Shown: one piece after another, positions 1-10,157 of the stretch
How positions within the stretch are numbered: position 1 is the first letter of the stretch
Layout of the letters: the number at the start of each line of letters is the position of its first letter
Virus record (IMG/VR): IMGVR_UViG_3300032304_000672
Span: 1-64,000 of that record
Source: a virus
Reading direction: 5' to 3' (one strand)
Length of the DNA: 64,000 nucleotides
The notes under the pieces: model-generated
Databases searched by the model: none
Seen by the model: the letters and a program-made list of their open reading frames with translations, nothing else
What the model was told of the DNA's origin: nothing
Translations under genes and position numbers: made by a program

Positions 1-226
1 GACACAGAGCCTGTGGAAACAGAGCCAATTGACACAGAGCCTGTGGAAACAGAGCCAATTGACACAGAGCCTGTGGAAACAGAACCAGTAGACACAGAGC
101 CTGTGGAAACAGAACCAGTAGACACAGAGCCTGTGGAAACAGAGCCAATTGACACAGAGCCTGTGGAAACAGAGCCAATTGACACAGAGCCTGTGGAAAC
201 AGAACCAGTAGACACAGAGCCTGTGA
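1..226 (+). repeat. Coding tandem repeat, 30-bp unit (GACACAGAGCCTGTGGAAACAGARCCARTW), ~7.5 copies
   Basis: Directly visible; two unit variants encode DTEPVETEPI and DTEPVETEPV. Confidence 0.97.
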
Positions 227-864
227 CGGGATCAGAAGAAGCAGTAGAAGAATCTGTTGATGACGCATTGTCTGATGGTAAAATAGATGCAGAGGAAGCA
301 GAAGATATTTTAAATGAGTTAGCAAGTGATGGTGAAGTAACTGCAGAAGAAGTTCAAAATCTTGCAGATGCTTTATCCGAAGATGGAAAATTAACTAATG
401 CAGAAAAAGAATTAGTGGCAGAGGCTCTTGTAGAGTCTGTTGCTCCTGGAGAATCTTTAACTAAAGAACAAATACAAGAGGCTGGCATTGAGTATAAAGA
501 TTTGCCTGCAGATACACCTGTTGAAGTTCGTCAAGATGAAAACGGTAACGAAGTTGTTATTACTGCAGAGGTAGCAGCATCCTTAGTATTGCTTGAAGAT
601 CCTGCAGAGTTATTATCAACAGCATTTTCAGACCCTGGAGCGGCTATTGAAGCACTAAGCAATATAGGCGCAGATATGTCAGATGAAGAAAGAGAAGAGG
701 CAACAGAAATGGTTGTAGCAACAGTTGTAGCAGCAGGTGCCGCAATTAATGCAGCAGCAGTTGCAACAGGAGGAGCCACTGGAGGTGGCACAGGAGGCGG
801 AGGAAGTTCTGGTGGAGGCTCAGGAGCTAATTCACCAGGTCAAGGAGGAAGAAGAAAATGGTAA
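1..864 (+). CDS. Acidic repeat-containing protein (5'-truncated): TEPVE/TEPID repeats, acidic middle, hydrophobic segment, Gly-rich C-tail
   Basis: ORF track 13..864; the frame is open from the window start; function unknown. Confidence 0.75.
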   Translation, partial: DTEPVETEPIDTEPVETEPIDTEPVETEPVDTEPVETEPVDTEPVETEPIDTEPVETEPIDTEPVETEPVDTEPVTGSEEAVEESVDDALSDGKIDAEEAEDILNELASDGEVTAEEVQNLADALSEDGKLTNAEKELVAEALVESVAPGESLTKEQIQEAGIEYKDLPADTPVEVRQDENGNEVVITAEVAASLVLLEDPAELLSTAFSDPGAAIEALSNIGADMSDEEREEATEMVVATVVAAGAAINAAAVATGGATGGGTGGGGSSGGGSGANSPGQGGRRKW

Positions 865-1040
865 GAATACTAAAAAATATCATGAAGGATATGATCGATC
901 AGGCATGGACCCTTCTTGGAATGTTTATTGCCTGGGTAGTTTTGGACGGAAGTGCTAAAACTATAGTTGGTTATGGAATTATAGCTACTACAGCACTTTG
1001 GATAGCTACGAGCCCTATTAGAAATAGAAACTCAGAATAG
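858..1040 (+). CDS. Small 2-TM membrane protein
   Basis: Two hydrophobic stretches; overlaps the upstream stop. Confidence 0.7.
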   Translation: MVRILKNIMKDMIDQAWTLLGMFIAWVVLDGSAKTIVGYGIIATTALWIATSPIRNRNSE

Positions 1041-1054
1041 GGTATAATAGTGGT

Positions 1055-1270
1055 ATGAGGAAATTAATCACTATTGCCCTATCTGGGCTATTAATGCTAT
1101 CATTAACTGGATGCGACTCTTTAAATAGATATCGCTATGAATGCCAAGATCCTAAAAATTGGGAAATTGCAGCATGTAATCCTCCAGAATGTGAAGCCTC
1201 ACAGACTTGCACAAAAGATGTAATAAAAATTACACCTACTACACCAGAACAGGAAATAACAAATGGCTAA
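1055..1270 (+). CDS. Small Cys-containing lipoprotein
   Basis: Signal peptide with lipobox LTG-C; leaderless start 6 nt after TATAAT. Confidence 0.75.
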   Translation: MRKLITIALSGLLMLSLTGCDSLNRYRYECQDPKNWEIAACNPPECEASQTCTKDVIKITPTTPEQEITNG

Positions 1271-1673
1271 AGAAAGATTAACGGCTGCAGACTTAGATGC
1301 TCGTTTAAAGTTTATTCTAGGAATAACTCTTGGAGGCATTTTGTTTCTAACAGCACTTGGAATTATTTATGGACTATTGTTTGTAACACAACCTATCGGA
1401 GCTCAGTCAGAAAATGACAAAATGTTTTTTAATGTTCTAGGAAGTATTGCAACATTTATTACAGGAACCCTCGCAGGAATTTTGATTGGCAACTCAGGTG
1501 CCAAGGATATTATGGCGGCTCAAATACAAAACAAAGAAGTAGATGCAAAGAATACACAGGCGGATAAGAAGCTTGAAGCAGAAATTGATGCAACTGCAGC
1601 ACGTTTAGCGGCAAAACCAGATGGACAGATGCCAGAAGAACAGCCAGTTGATACAGATTGGGACAAAGAATAA
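1263..1673 (+). CDS. 2-TM membrane protein, possibly holin-like
   Basis: Two TM helices; directly upstream of the CHAP amidase. Confidence 0.6.
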   Translation: MAKERLTAADLDARLKFILGITLGGILFLTALGIIYGLLFVTQPIGAQSENDKMFFNVLGSIATFITGTLAGILIGNSGAKDIMAAQIQNKEVDAKNTQADKKLEAEIDATAARLAAKPDGQMPEEQPVDTDWDKE

Positions 1674-2248
1674 TGGCAGACCAAGGCACAGCAGCACGTT
1701 TAATCGAAGTTGCTACAGCAGAGATTGGGACTATTGAAGGTCCAAAGGATAACGAAACAAAGTATGGTGCCTACACTAAAGCTAATTTCCAACCATGGTG
1801 CGGAAGTTTCGTTAACTGGTGCGGAAATGAAGCTGGCGTAAAGATTCCAAATACTGTTTATACTCCAGCAGGAGTAACAGCATTTAAAAAAGCTGGCGCA
1901 TGGATTGATGGAGACATTGCAGATCCAGAACCAGGAGATATTGCCTATTTTGATTTCCCTTCAGATGGCGTCGATAGAGTGTCTCACGTAGGTATTGTTG
2001 TTAAAGATAACGAAGATGGAACTGTTTGGTGCATTGAAGGAAATACATCTTCAAAGAAGTCTGGAAGCCAAAGAAATGGCGGAGAAGTTTGCAAACAACT
2101 TCGTGCCTATAAGAAAAACAAGGCTGGAGTAATGATTTCTATTGTTGGCTTTGGCCGTCCTAAGTTTAAGGGTGCGGGTACTGCTCCTGCTGCAGCAAAA
2201 AAGACTGTCAAGGCTGAATCAAAAGTTTGCCCAACATGCGGTAAGTAA
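1673..2248 (+). CDS. CHAP-domain peptidoglycan amidase (endolysin)
   Basis: QPWCGSFV, PGDI, SHVGIV and IEGNT motifs; start at ATG 1673 coupled to the upstream TAA. Confidence 0.9.
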   Translation: MADQGTAARLIEVATAEIGTIEGPKDNETKYGAYTKANFQPWCGSFVNWCGNEAGVKIPNTVYTPAGVTAFKKAGAWIDGDIADPEPGDIAYFDFPSDGVDRVSHVGIVVKDNEDGTVWCIEGNTSSKKSGSQRNGGEVCKQLRAYKKNKAGVMISIVGFGRPKFKGAGTAPAAAKKTVKAESKVCPTCGK

Positions 2249-2390
2249 TGAATATTTATAGGGTTAAGTTAGAAGTAGAGGCAGAAGTAGAAGCCTTTGA
2301 TCAAGATGACGCTCTAGATTATGCAAATGATATTTTTGGCGTAGATGACGAAATCAAAAACGTTAAAGTAGTTAGTGTTAAGGAGAAATA

Positions 2391-3161
2391 ATGGCAAAAG
2401 AAGGATACAAACCAACTTCTGGTATGCAGTCAGCAGCACGTCGTGCTATTAAATTAAAAGAGCAGGGTAAGGCTAAAGGAGCTGGAACAGCGGTAGGCTG
2501 GACTCGTGCAGGACAGCTTGCTAGAGGAGAGACTCTAAGCCTTTCTACAGTTAAGCGTATGTATTCTTATTTCTCTCGTCATGAAGTAGATAAAAAGGGT
2601 AAAGATTGGGACAATGCAGAAAACCCATCTAATGGTAAGATTATGTGGTTAGCATGGGGTGGAGACGCAGGATTCTCCTGGTCCCGTAAAATAGTAAACA
2701 GGGAGAAGAATATGAAAAAGTCAGTAGAACTAAATGAAATTGTAGAAGAAATTAAAAGCATCCTTGATGATGCAGTTAATCCAATCACTAAGGTAATTGA
2801 AATCGAAGATGATCTAGCAAAAGCTGAAGAAATGACAGACACCAAGGGCTGCAAGTGCAACGGATGCATGGAATGTAAAGCTAATGGCGGATGCGACATG
2901 GAAAAGTGTAAGGGTCACGATAATATGTATAAGTCTGAAAACGAAATGGATGATGAAGATGATTATCAGTCAGACAATGAAGAAGAAGACAAATGGGACA
3001 ATATTGAAAAGGCTTGTTGGTCTGGATATGAGCAAGAAGGTATGAAGGAAAAGGGTGGAAGAATGGTTCCAAACTGTGTCCCAATTGAAAAATCATACGA
3101 TGAAGAAAAGAAAGAAGAGCCAGTTAAAAAGTCCATATGGGATGGAACTTTTATCAAATAG
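2391..3161 (+). CDS. Conserved phage protein (N-terminal TVKRMYSYFSRH/WLAWGG domain; C-terminal CWSGY...VPNCVP motif)
   Basis: Motifs recognisable from other phage proteins; function not assignable. Confidence 0.7.
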   Translation: MAKEGYKPTSGMQSAARRAIKLKEQGKAKGAGTAVGWTRAGQLARGETLSLSTVKRMYSYFSRHEVDKKGKDWDNAENPSNGKIMWLAWGGDAGFSWSRKIVNREKNMKKSVELNEIVEEIKSILDDAVNPITKVIEIEDDLAKAEEMTDTKGCKCNGCMECKANGGCDMEKCKGHDNMYKSENEMDDEDDYQSDNEEEDKWDNIEKACWSGYEQEGMKEKGGRMVPNCVPIEKSYDEEKKEEPVKKSIWDGTFIK

Positions 3162-3164
3162 TCA

Positions 3165-3194
3165 TTGACAAGGCCGTAGCATTTCCTGTATAAT
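3165..3194 (+). promoter_or_regulatory. Sigma70/HrdB-type promoter of the whiB operon, with the -10 flanked by an inverted repeat
   Basis: TTGACA-N18-TATAAT; CCGTAGCAT...ATGCTACGG flanks the -10. Confidence 0.75.
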
Positions 3195-3233
3195 ATATAT
3201 CAGTGGGATGCTACGGTTTATGTTTAGGAAGAT

Positions 3234-3461
3234 ATGTTAAATTTAACAGAACTAGGTGTCGAGGTCTTTATTAAAAAGGCTAAAAATATAACCCCATATT
3301 GGGACAATTACGACCTTATTATTTGGAAAAAAGATCATAACGGTTTTACTAACGTAAAGGGCATGTTCAGAGAGAACGCTTGGGGAATAGCAGATAAAAT
3401 TTCTGTTAACGATAACGGACTATGGAAGTTGCCCACAAAGTATGTCAGAAATTTTAAATGA
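3234..3461 (+). CDS. Hypothetical protein
   Basis: ORF with RBS; first gene of the operon. Confidence 0.7.
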   Translation: MLNLTELGVEVFIKKAKNITPYWDNYDLIIWKKDHNGFTNVKGMFRENAWGIADKISVNDNGLWKLPTKYVRNFK

Positions 3462-3753
3462 TCTAGGTATAGATTCAGAAGATTTAGATTGGTTCCACCT
3501 TGGTATATGTAGAGGAATGGATACCAATTTATTTTATGAAAAGTATGAAGCCGATTCTAATATAGCTAAAAATATAGATGAGATGTGTTTAAGTTGTCCA
3601 GTAATTAGTATGTGCTATGAAACTGGAGCAGAGGGAAACGAGTACGGAGTTTGGGGCGGAGTGTATTTAAGCTCTGGATCAATAGACAAATCGAAGAACT
3701 TGCATAAAACACCAGACACTTGGAAGAGGTTGAAAAAGAAAAATGTTTATTGA
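3442..3753 (+). CDS. whiB: WhiB-family Fe-S transcription regulator
   Basis: Four Cys (C..C-x2-C-x5-C) plus GVWGG turn. Confidence 0.9.
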   Translation: MSEILNDLGIDSEDLDWFHLGICRGMDTNLFYEKYEADSNIAKNIDEMCLSCPVISMCYETGAEGNEYGVWGGVYLSSGSIDKSKNLHKTPDTWKRLKKKNVY

Positions 3754-4069
3754 TAAATCAGCAGATAAGCAAAGAGAACATTTTAAATATGGGATCAATC
3801 ACTGGACAGGTGAACCAAATAAGCCAGTATTTTACACAGAAGAAATGAAAAAGGCAGTTCATAATCTCAAGAAGCCATCGATGCTTCTTATGGATATTGT
3901 AATGTATCCAGACTTCTTAGCATTAAGACTATATGAAGATAATTTTTTACAGTTTGAAGGAACCAAGAAAGAAATGGTTATTGATTACGTAGGAAAGGTC
4001 AAGCGCCTGCTTGAGTCATATGGAGTAAGATGCGAGTTGGAGGGAAGACCTAGTGATAGAGTACTATGA
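3743..4069 (+). CDS. Hypothetical protein
   Basis: Overlapping operon ORF. Confidence 0.7.
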   Translation: MFIDKSADKQREHFKYGINHWTGEPNKPVFYTEEMKKAVHNLKKPSMLLMDIVMYPDFLALRLYEDNFLQFEGTKKEMVIDYVGKVKRLLESYGVRCELEGRPSDRVL

Positions 4070-4249
4070 TACAACACATATTGTATATATCTATTCTGAA
4101 GAGTGCTATGGCACTGTAGAAAAACTTGGTGCATGGGCATCAACTGTAAAATATACTGTGGATGGAACAGAGTATAATGAGCTTATGGAAAATGACGAAT
4201 TTACTATAGTAGACGAAATAGTATTTAAACATATTGAGGAATCAAACTA

Positions 4250-4486
4250 ATGGAAAAGATTTTATGCTACAGCTGTAACAAATCAAAGAATAAACTTGAT
4301 GTTCGTAAGTCATCTCTTATGCCAATTAATTTATTAATTTGCGAGACATGTAATTCTGCTAAACTAGAACCTAGATGGGTTGTAATTTTGGCTGGAAGAT
4401 CAAATGGTCCAGATCATGTTAAAGAGTTTATTATAAAAAGAAGGTATATCGGAAGCGAGATAACTGCTTCTGAGCTGTTAATTTAG
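4250..4486 (+). CDS. Zn-finger-like hypothetical protein
   Basis: Two CxxC pairs. Confidence 0.65.
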   Translation: MEKILCYSCNKSKNKLDVRKSSLMPINLLICETCNSAKLEPRWVVILAGRSNGPDHVKEFIIKRRYIGSEITASELLI

Positions 4487-4514
4487 GTTAATTCTAATGT
4501 ATAATTAGTTTATC

Positions 4515-4844
4515 ATGGATATAAACTACACCTCTATTGTTATTGCTATTTCCGCTGCAATTCTAAGCGGAATGGGAACTGCAATTATAGCGGCAATTAA
4601 AGACAATAAAAAAGAAAAAAGAAGACAGTATGAGCGTGAGCAAGACCATCTAAAGTTAGAGATAAAAGACCTCAAAATCTCATTATATAAGATTGAGAGG
4701 GAGCTAACTGAATGGAAAGACAAGTACTATAATGCTATTCAAGAGCTCATATCCGTTAAATCTGAGCTTGAAGAAACACTACTTAAACTATCATTTATAG
4801 ACCATCATATAGAAGATTTAGAGGCATTGGACAGAGAATTTTAA
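4515..4844 (+). CDS. N-terminal TM plus coiled-coil protein
   Basis: Hydrophobic N-terminus, heptad-like C-terminus. Confidence 0.7.
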   Translation: MDINYTSIVIAISAAILSGMGTAIIAAIKDNKKEKRRQYEREQDHLKLEIKDLKISLYKIERELTEWKDKYYNAIQELISVKSELEETLLKLSFIDHHIEDLEALDREF

Positions 4845-4862
4845 AAATAGTATACTGTTAGC

Positions 4863-5429
4863 ATGACCTGTATAGTAGCGCTAATTCATGAAAACAAGGT
4901 ATACCTTGGTGGAGATGCCGCTGCCTCTGATGACAAGACTGGACTAATTGTCCAAAGAACAGATCCAAAAGTATTTAAAGTTGGACAATTTGGCATAGGG
5001 TTTACAGACAGCTTTAGGATGGGCCAGATCCTTCAATATAACTGGAAGCCACCTATTTATAAGCCAACAGTTGGAAATAAGAATTTAGACAAGTTCATGA
5101 GAACAACATTTGTTGACTCAATAAAAGAATGTTATAAGGATCATGGATACGGCAACTTTGGATCTTCAACAGAGGATGGCGATGAAGGCGGAATCTTTTT
5201 AGTAGCAGTTGCTGGAACTGGAAGACTCTTTACTATGGATGTAGACTTTCATATAGGAGAAGCAGACGTTATGTATATGGCAGAAGGAAGCGGACAGCAG
5301 GTAGCCCTTGGTTCTTTATACTCTACAGCACAAATTAAAACTCCACGTAAGCGTATCAGAATGGCTTTAGAAGCCTCTGCTAAATTTATTATGAGCGTAA
5401 GAGGCCCCTTTACAATTATTGAGCTCTAG
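4863..5429 (+). CDS. Ntn-hydrolase, HslV/proteasome-beta-like peptidase
   Basis: M-T-C-I-V start (Thr1 nucleophile), GGD, PKVF and GSG motifs. Confidence 0.8.
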   Translation: MTCIVALIHENKVYLGGDAAASDDKTGLIVQRTDPKVFKVGQFGIGFTDSFRMGQILQYNWKPPIYKPTVGNKNLDKFMRTTFVDSIKECYKDHGYGNFGSSTEDGDEGGIFLVAVAGTGRLFTMDVDFHIGEADVMYMAEGSGQQVALGSLYSTAQIKTPRKRIRMALEASAKFIMSVRGPFTIIEL

Positions 5430-5443
5430 AGTATAATAGATTT

Positions 5444-5761
5444 ATGACATGGGTAAACCGATTAGCTTTAGCCTTAACTGGATTGATAAGTATTGGTGTT
5501 GCACGAAATTTCTTTAGTAAGTACGACCTACTTATTTTTGACAAAAACGATGTAGAGCAAGCTCGTCAAGACCAAATGGTTTCTGGAATGGATCTTCGTG
5601 GCACTCCAACACATGAGTGTATTTGTGGATCACAGATTTTTAATATTAGAGCCGTGTTTGATAACTACGAAATTGCAACATATTTCTTAGATATGGAATG
5701 CGTTGAGTGTGGAAACCTAGCAACAGCACCCACTCCACTAGACAGAGAGAGCCAAGAATGA
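5444..5761 (+). CDS. TM plus Zn-ribbon hypothetical protein
   Basis: CxC and CxxC motifs; leaderless start. Confidence 0.65.
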   Translation: MTWVNRLALALTGLISIGVARNFFSKYDLLIFDKNDVEQARQDQMVSGMDLRGTPTHECICGSQIFNIRAVFDNYEIATYFLDMECVECGNLATAPTPLDRESQE

Positions 5762-5968
5762 GAAAGTCAGAACGTATAAGATTGCTTGAAATGGAAATGC
5801 TTAGAATGCAATTTCAGATTGAATATTTAAATACCGCAGTTAAATTGCTGCTTGATGAAAACAAGGTAACTGGTCCAGATATGGACGCTGGTAAATGGTA
5901 CGACGCTAAGCTAAATAAGAATAAGTAGGGTATTGACAAGACTTTCAGAATTTAGTATTATTACTACT

Positions 5969-6904
5969 ATGAATAAAAAAATAACAGGGGCTATGCTAGC
6001 CCTAACACTACTTATACCTGCAACCGCTAATGCGGCAAATTTGTCCAACAAAACAGTTGGAACACCAACCATTGCTATTTTAGATACAGCATTGGATACA
6101 TCACTTCCTATTTTTAAAGACAAGATTCTTTTTGAAGCATGCGTAACTCAATGGTCATCATGTCCTAATGGTTTATCTGAAATGGAAGGAACTGGATCTT
6201 CTGTTATGAAGCCAGAATGGATTTCAAAAAATGGATTTGATCATGGAACACAAATGGCTTCTATTGCAGTTGCAACTAATCCAAATGTAAAGATTGTTTT
6301 TGTTAGGATTATTGGAGCTAATGAAAGTGGACTAAGACAGTCAACTTCAGAGTCTACAGTGTTTAATGCTTTAGATTGGGTAATTAAAAACAAAGATAGA
6401 TTTAATATTCAGGCGGTATCAATGTCTCAGGGTCACACTGCTGGAAGAAGTTCTTCTGCTGATTACTGTCCTAAGACTCCCATTACAGAAGGAAAAATTA
6501 AAGCCTTGGCAAATGCTGGGGTTCCAGTGTTTTTCCCAACAGGTAACGAAAGAGACTACTCACGCATTAATTGGCCAGCATGCATTCCTTCATCAATTGC
6601 TATAGGTGCGACAATGCCAGCAGAAACAATTGCAATTTATTCAAACCATGACCCGCTACTTACAGACTTCTTTGCCCTTGGACAGGTAAAGGCAACTGTT
6701 CCAGGAGGTAGAATTATAAATGTAGGTGGAACATCTGCTTCATCAGTAATTGCTGCTACTCATTGGGCAACTATTAAATCTGCAAAGCCTAACCTAAAAT
6801 ACTCTGAAATCTATGAATTGATTTCTAAAACATCTAAGCCTACCTTTAACTCAAAAATTACAGGTGGTAAGCTTATTAATCTACAAGGAGCACTAAATGG
6901 ATAA
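5969..6904 (+). CDS. Secreted subtilisin-like S8 serine protease
   Basis: Signal peptide; catalytic motifs ILDT, HGT and GTS; probable start MNKK. Confidence 0.9.
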   Translation: MNKKITGAMLALTLLIPATANAANLSNKTVGTPTIAILDTALDTSLPIFKDKILFEACVTQWSSCPNGLSEMEGTGSSVMKPEWISKNGFDHGTQMASIAVATNPNVKIVFVRIIGANESGLRQSTSESTVFNALDWVIKNKDRFNIQAVSMSQGHTAGRSSSADYCPKTPITEGKIKALANAGVPVFFPTGNERDYSRINWPACIPSSIAIGATMPAETIAIYSNHDPLLTDFFALGQVKATVPGGRIINVGGTSASSVIAATHWATIKSAKPNLKYSEIYELISKTSKPTFNSKITGGKLINLQGALNG

Positions 6905-7130
6905 TAATGAAAAGAGAATTTCTGTTCTAGAATCAATTATTCAAGATGTTGCAAAGGCCCTATTTCAAAAGTGGGCAAATGCTCTTCCTGAAGATCAACG
7001 ATCAGAAGAAAATTTAGCCAACCTAAACAAGAATGCAACTGAGTCTACTTACTTTGTTGTAAAAATGTTTATGGATCAATTCAATGCAGCAGCAGATGAA
7101 TTGAAGGCTCAACCAGACGAAGACCAATGA
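6897..7130 (+). CDS. Hypothetical protein
   Basis: Coupled ORF. Confidence 0.65.
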   Translation: MDNNEKRISVLESIIQDVAKALFQKWANALPEDQRSEENLANLNKNATESTYFVVKMFMDQFNAAADELKAQPDEDQ

Positions 7131-7429
7131 TAGTAACTGACTCAAATTTTCAAGAGGCGCTGGATAAAAATAATCTTATCCTTATTGATTTTTGGGCAGA
7201 TTGGTGCGGTCCTTGTAAAAAGGTATCTCCAATACTAGATGAAATATCAAAGGACAAGGGCCTACTCGTTGGTAAGTTAAATATTGATGAGAATCCTGAG
7301 AAAACTCTGGAATACTCTATACATTCAATACCAACTATGGTACTATTTAGAGATGGAAAACCAGTCCACACCGTGCATGGCGCAAAGCCCAAGCACATTC
7401 TATTAAAAGAATTAGCGGAGTGGTTATGA
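7127..7429 (+). CDS. trxA: Thioredoxin
   Basis: DFWADWCGPC and SIPT motifs. Confidence 0.95.
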   Translation: MIVTDSNFQEALDKNNLILIDFWADWCGPCKKVSPILDEISKDKGLLVGKLNIDENPEKTLEYSIHSIPTMVLFRDGKPVHTVHGAKPKHILLKELAEWL

Positions 7430-7653
7430 CATTTGATGAATGGATTGCATACGGAATAGAAAAAGGTTGGTGCGGACCTCCAGTATGTTATACACATGAC
7501 GGACTACCAATGTCTGAACAAGAAGATGTAGAATTTGGCGAAGGCCAAGATCCCTGCATTCATGTTGTTCGAATGTACGAAGACATTGATACGAAAAAAG
7601 AAATAGAAGATAATCACTCTCCGTCTCAATGGCGGAACTCGTACACAAACTAG
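7420..7653 (+). CDS. Hypothetical protein
   Basis: Overlapping ORF with Cys/His motifs. Confidence 0.65.
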   Translation: MVMTFDEWIAYGIEKGWCGPPVCYTHDGLPMSEQEDVEFGEGQDPCIHVVRMYEDIDTKKEIEDNHSPSQWRNSYTN

Positions 7654-7700
7654 AATTCCATGCTCATCAAGAGGTGGATAAATTAAGGAGAATAAATTAA

Positions 7701-8735
7701 ATGAACTCATTTAAGAAAGTATCGCTAATCATCGCTGCAGCCCTGACTAGCACAATGCTTGTATCGCCAGCAGCTAACGCTAACGCTGGAACTGTCACCC
7801 TAACGGTGGCGGGAACTGCAGCAACAGGTGGAACAGTAGTAACAACTCCTGTATCACTACCAGTACCAGCAGATAACAGTGTAGATGCAGCAGATGCATT
7901 GAAGATTGCCGTAACAGGCGTAGACACTGGAACAGTAGTAACAGCAGTTGCAGTAAATGCAACACTTGTTCCTGCTCTATCAGCAACTGGTGCAGCAGTA
8001 ACAGCAACATCTGGAACCTCAACGCTATCAATTGCAACAGGAACTGGAACATCAGCAGACTTTTATGTATATACTAAAAGTACAGCAGTAGGATCAGTAT
8101 CGATTACTCGTGCTGGAACTACAACAATTTATTACGTACAAGGTACCGCAGGTGCTTTGAACTCAATTACGCTAACTGCCCCTGCATCAGCAGCAGCAGG
8201 CACATCACAGGTACTTAAGGTATCTGGATTTGACGTGTTCGGTAATCCAAAGGGTGGGGCCACAATTAATACTTTGGTTTCAAGCTCTGGAGTAGCACTA
8301 TCAACAGCGCTAACAACAGACACAGCCGTTGCAACTCTTGGAACAAAAGAGCAGACAGTAACAGTTCCTGCAACTGGTTCAATCACAGTAGTTGCGTATG
8401 CAACAGTAGCAACAGCCGTAACAGGCTTAGCAGCACCAGTCGGTTCTGTAAGCGCTACAATTGTAGTACGTGATATTGCAGCAGAACTTGCAGCAAAGAA
8501 TGCAGAACTTGCAGCAGCAAACCAAGCACTTGCAACAGCTAATGCAGCACTAGCAGCAGAGAAGGCAGGACGTGCAGCCGATAAGGCAGCATCAGATTCT
8601 GCAACAGTTACCGCTAAGGTGGCATCTGATCTAGCAGCAGCAACAGCAGCAGCAAAGTACAAGGCGGAATACAACGCTCTTGCTACAAAGTGGAACAAGA
8701 AGTTCCCTAAGCTAAAGGTTGCACTAAAGAAGTAA
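7701..8735 (+). CDS. Secreted Ala/Thr-rich surface-protein-like ORF
   Basis: Signal peptide (..PAANA), beta-rich A/T/V body, coiled coil and basic C-tail; strong AAGGAG RBS. Confidence 0.75.
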   Translation: MNSFKKVSLIIAAALTSTMLVSPAANANAGTVTLTVAGTAATGGTVVTTPVSLPVPADNSVDAADALKIAVTGVDTGTVVTAVAVNATLVPALSATGAAVTATSGTSTLSIATGTGTSADFYVYTKSTAVGSVSITRAGTTTIYYVQGTAGALNSITLTAPASAAAGTSQVLKVSGFDVFGNPKGGATINTLVSSSGVALSTALTTDTAVATLGTKEQTVTVPATGSITVVAYATVATAVTGLAAPVGSVSATIVVRDIAAELAAKNAELAAANQALATANAALAAEKAGRAADKAASDSATVTAKVASDLAAATAAAKYKAEYNALATKWNKKFPKLKVALKK

Positions 8736-8746
8736 TTCTTTATACA

Positions 8747-8778
8747 AAGGGGCAGGGCTCAAGGGTCTTGCCCCTTCG
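8747..8778 (+). terminator. GC-rich hairpin, probable terminator
   Basis: AAGGGGCAGGGCTC/GGGTCTTGCCCCTT directly after the stop. Confidence 0.6.
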
Positions 8779-8955
8779 GTATATAAATGATAGAATATAC
8801 TCATGGTACAAGATAATATCTATGACTTAGAAGGATATTTTGAAAAAAAATATACTAAGCTGATAGTAGATCAAATAAAGAACTTTGAGTTTCCAGACGA
8901 CTGGACACCAAAACAAGTAATAGATTATATTACTTATAAAATAGATAGGAAATAA

Positions 8956-9123
8956 ATGTTTAATAGATTAAAGTTATGGTTGCTAGAGCAACAGGTTAAA
9001 GCAATGATTGAACAGGATCAGTCTAGCCAAAAGCCAAAGAAGGCGGTAGCAAAGAAGAAGGCTCCAGTTAAGAAGGCTCCAGTTAAGAAGACTGCCCCTA
9101 AGAAGACTACAAAAAAGAAGTAA
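8956..9123 (+). CDS. Small Lys-rich protein with a histone-like tail
   Basis: Translated by eye: MFNRLKLWLL...KKAPVKKAPVKKTAPKKTTKKK; not in the ORF track. Confidence 0.7.
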   Translation: MFNRLKLWLLEQQVKAMIEQDQSSQKPKKAVAKKKAPVKKAPVKKTAPKKTTKKK

Positions 9124-9570
9124 TGCCAAAAGAAGAGTTATGTGAAATGGCGGGGTGCAAGAATACAGCATCCCGCCTAACCACCACAGAAACCAAATAT
9201 ATTACTATTTGCGAAGACTGCTGGCATACAAGATACAGAAACTGATAAATGCTATAATAGGTATATAGGTGGCATTCTAGACCCACCTAAATACAACCTA
9301 TAGGAGATTAAAATGGATAAGAACAACGTTCCAGCAGCAAATTACACAGAGGCTCCAAAGCCAGCTTTCCCAGCAACAGACAAGTCATCGCAAGATGGCG
9401 CAGGTCTTGGCAACGGCGGTAAGTAATAATGTGCGTTGAATGCGGATGTGAAGCATTCGGTAGCGAAACAGGAATTGCTTCAGTTGCTATCAATGATGTT
9501 TCAAGAGATGGAGAGTCAGGCCTAACTCTAGACATGACTTCAACACCAGAGCAGACAAGACAATTTATTA

Positions 9571-9786
9571 ATGAGCGATAACGGTACAGGAATGTCAACT
9601 CCGCCAAACAATCAACCGTCTGGCGCAGTAACTTCACAAGAAGCAGCAAGAAAGAATCCTTCGCAGGGTAAGTTTAAGTCTGGGTTTTCTAGCCCAAGAC
9701 CACCAACTAAGATTGATACAAACAAGCATGGTATTCGTAGAGAGACCGTACTTGGACAAAAGAAATCTAAGCCAAAGAAGGTTTAA
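9571..9786 (+). CDS. Basic low-complexity hypothetical protein
   Basis: ORF followed by a terminator hairpin at 9795-9835. Confidence 0.55.
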   Translation: MSDNGTGMSTPPNNQPSGAVTSQEAARKNPSQGKFKSGFSSPRPPTKIDTNKHGIRRETVLGQKKSKPKKV

Positions 9787-10157
9787 TTAAGTATTCCCCA
9801 CTAAGCCCTACTTATAGGGCTGGTGGGGATCTTTATTGGAGATATATGTGCAAAGAATGCGGAAGCTGTGATAAAGAACACAGCAAGACAATAGACGATG
9901 CTATTGACAAAACCCTAGACTCTCCTATATAATTAATAGATATAGAAAGAGGCGGAAATGCTAGAAACATTTTTTATAGTACTGTCATTTGCGGCAGGCA
10001 GATGGTTAGGTATAGAACAGTCTAAGAAGGTAGCGGATACATCTAATACAGATGAATTAGAAGCTCAGCTTTTAGATGCGGAACTAAGAGCAGAAACATG
10101 GAAGCGCAGATACAACAATCTACTTCCAACTACACAAACATCATTTGAGGAATAGTA

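Noticed and set aside
1-226. Tandem repeat as a CRISPR array or WhiA GACAC boxes
   Set aside because: No unique spacers; the repeat is in frame and coding.
8132-8698. Long antisense ORFs (also 30736-31182, 45446-45940, 49638-50024)
   Set aside because: Shadow frames of codon-biased real genes.
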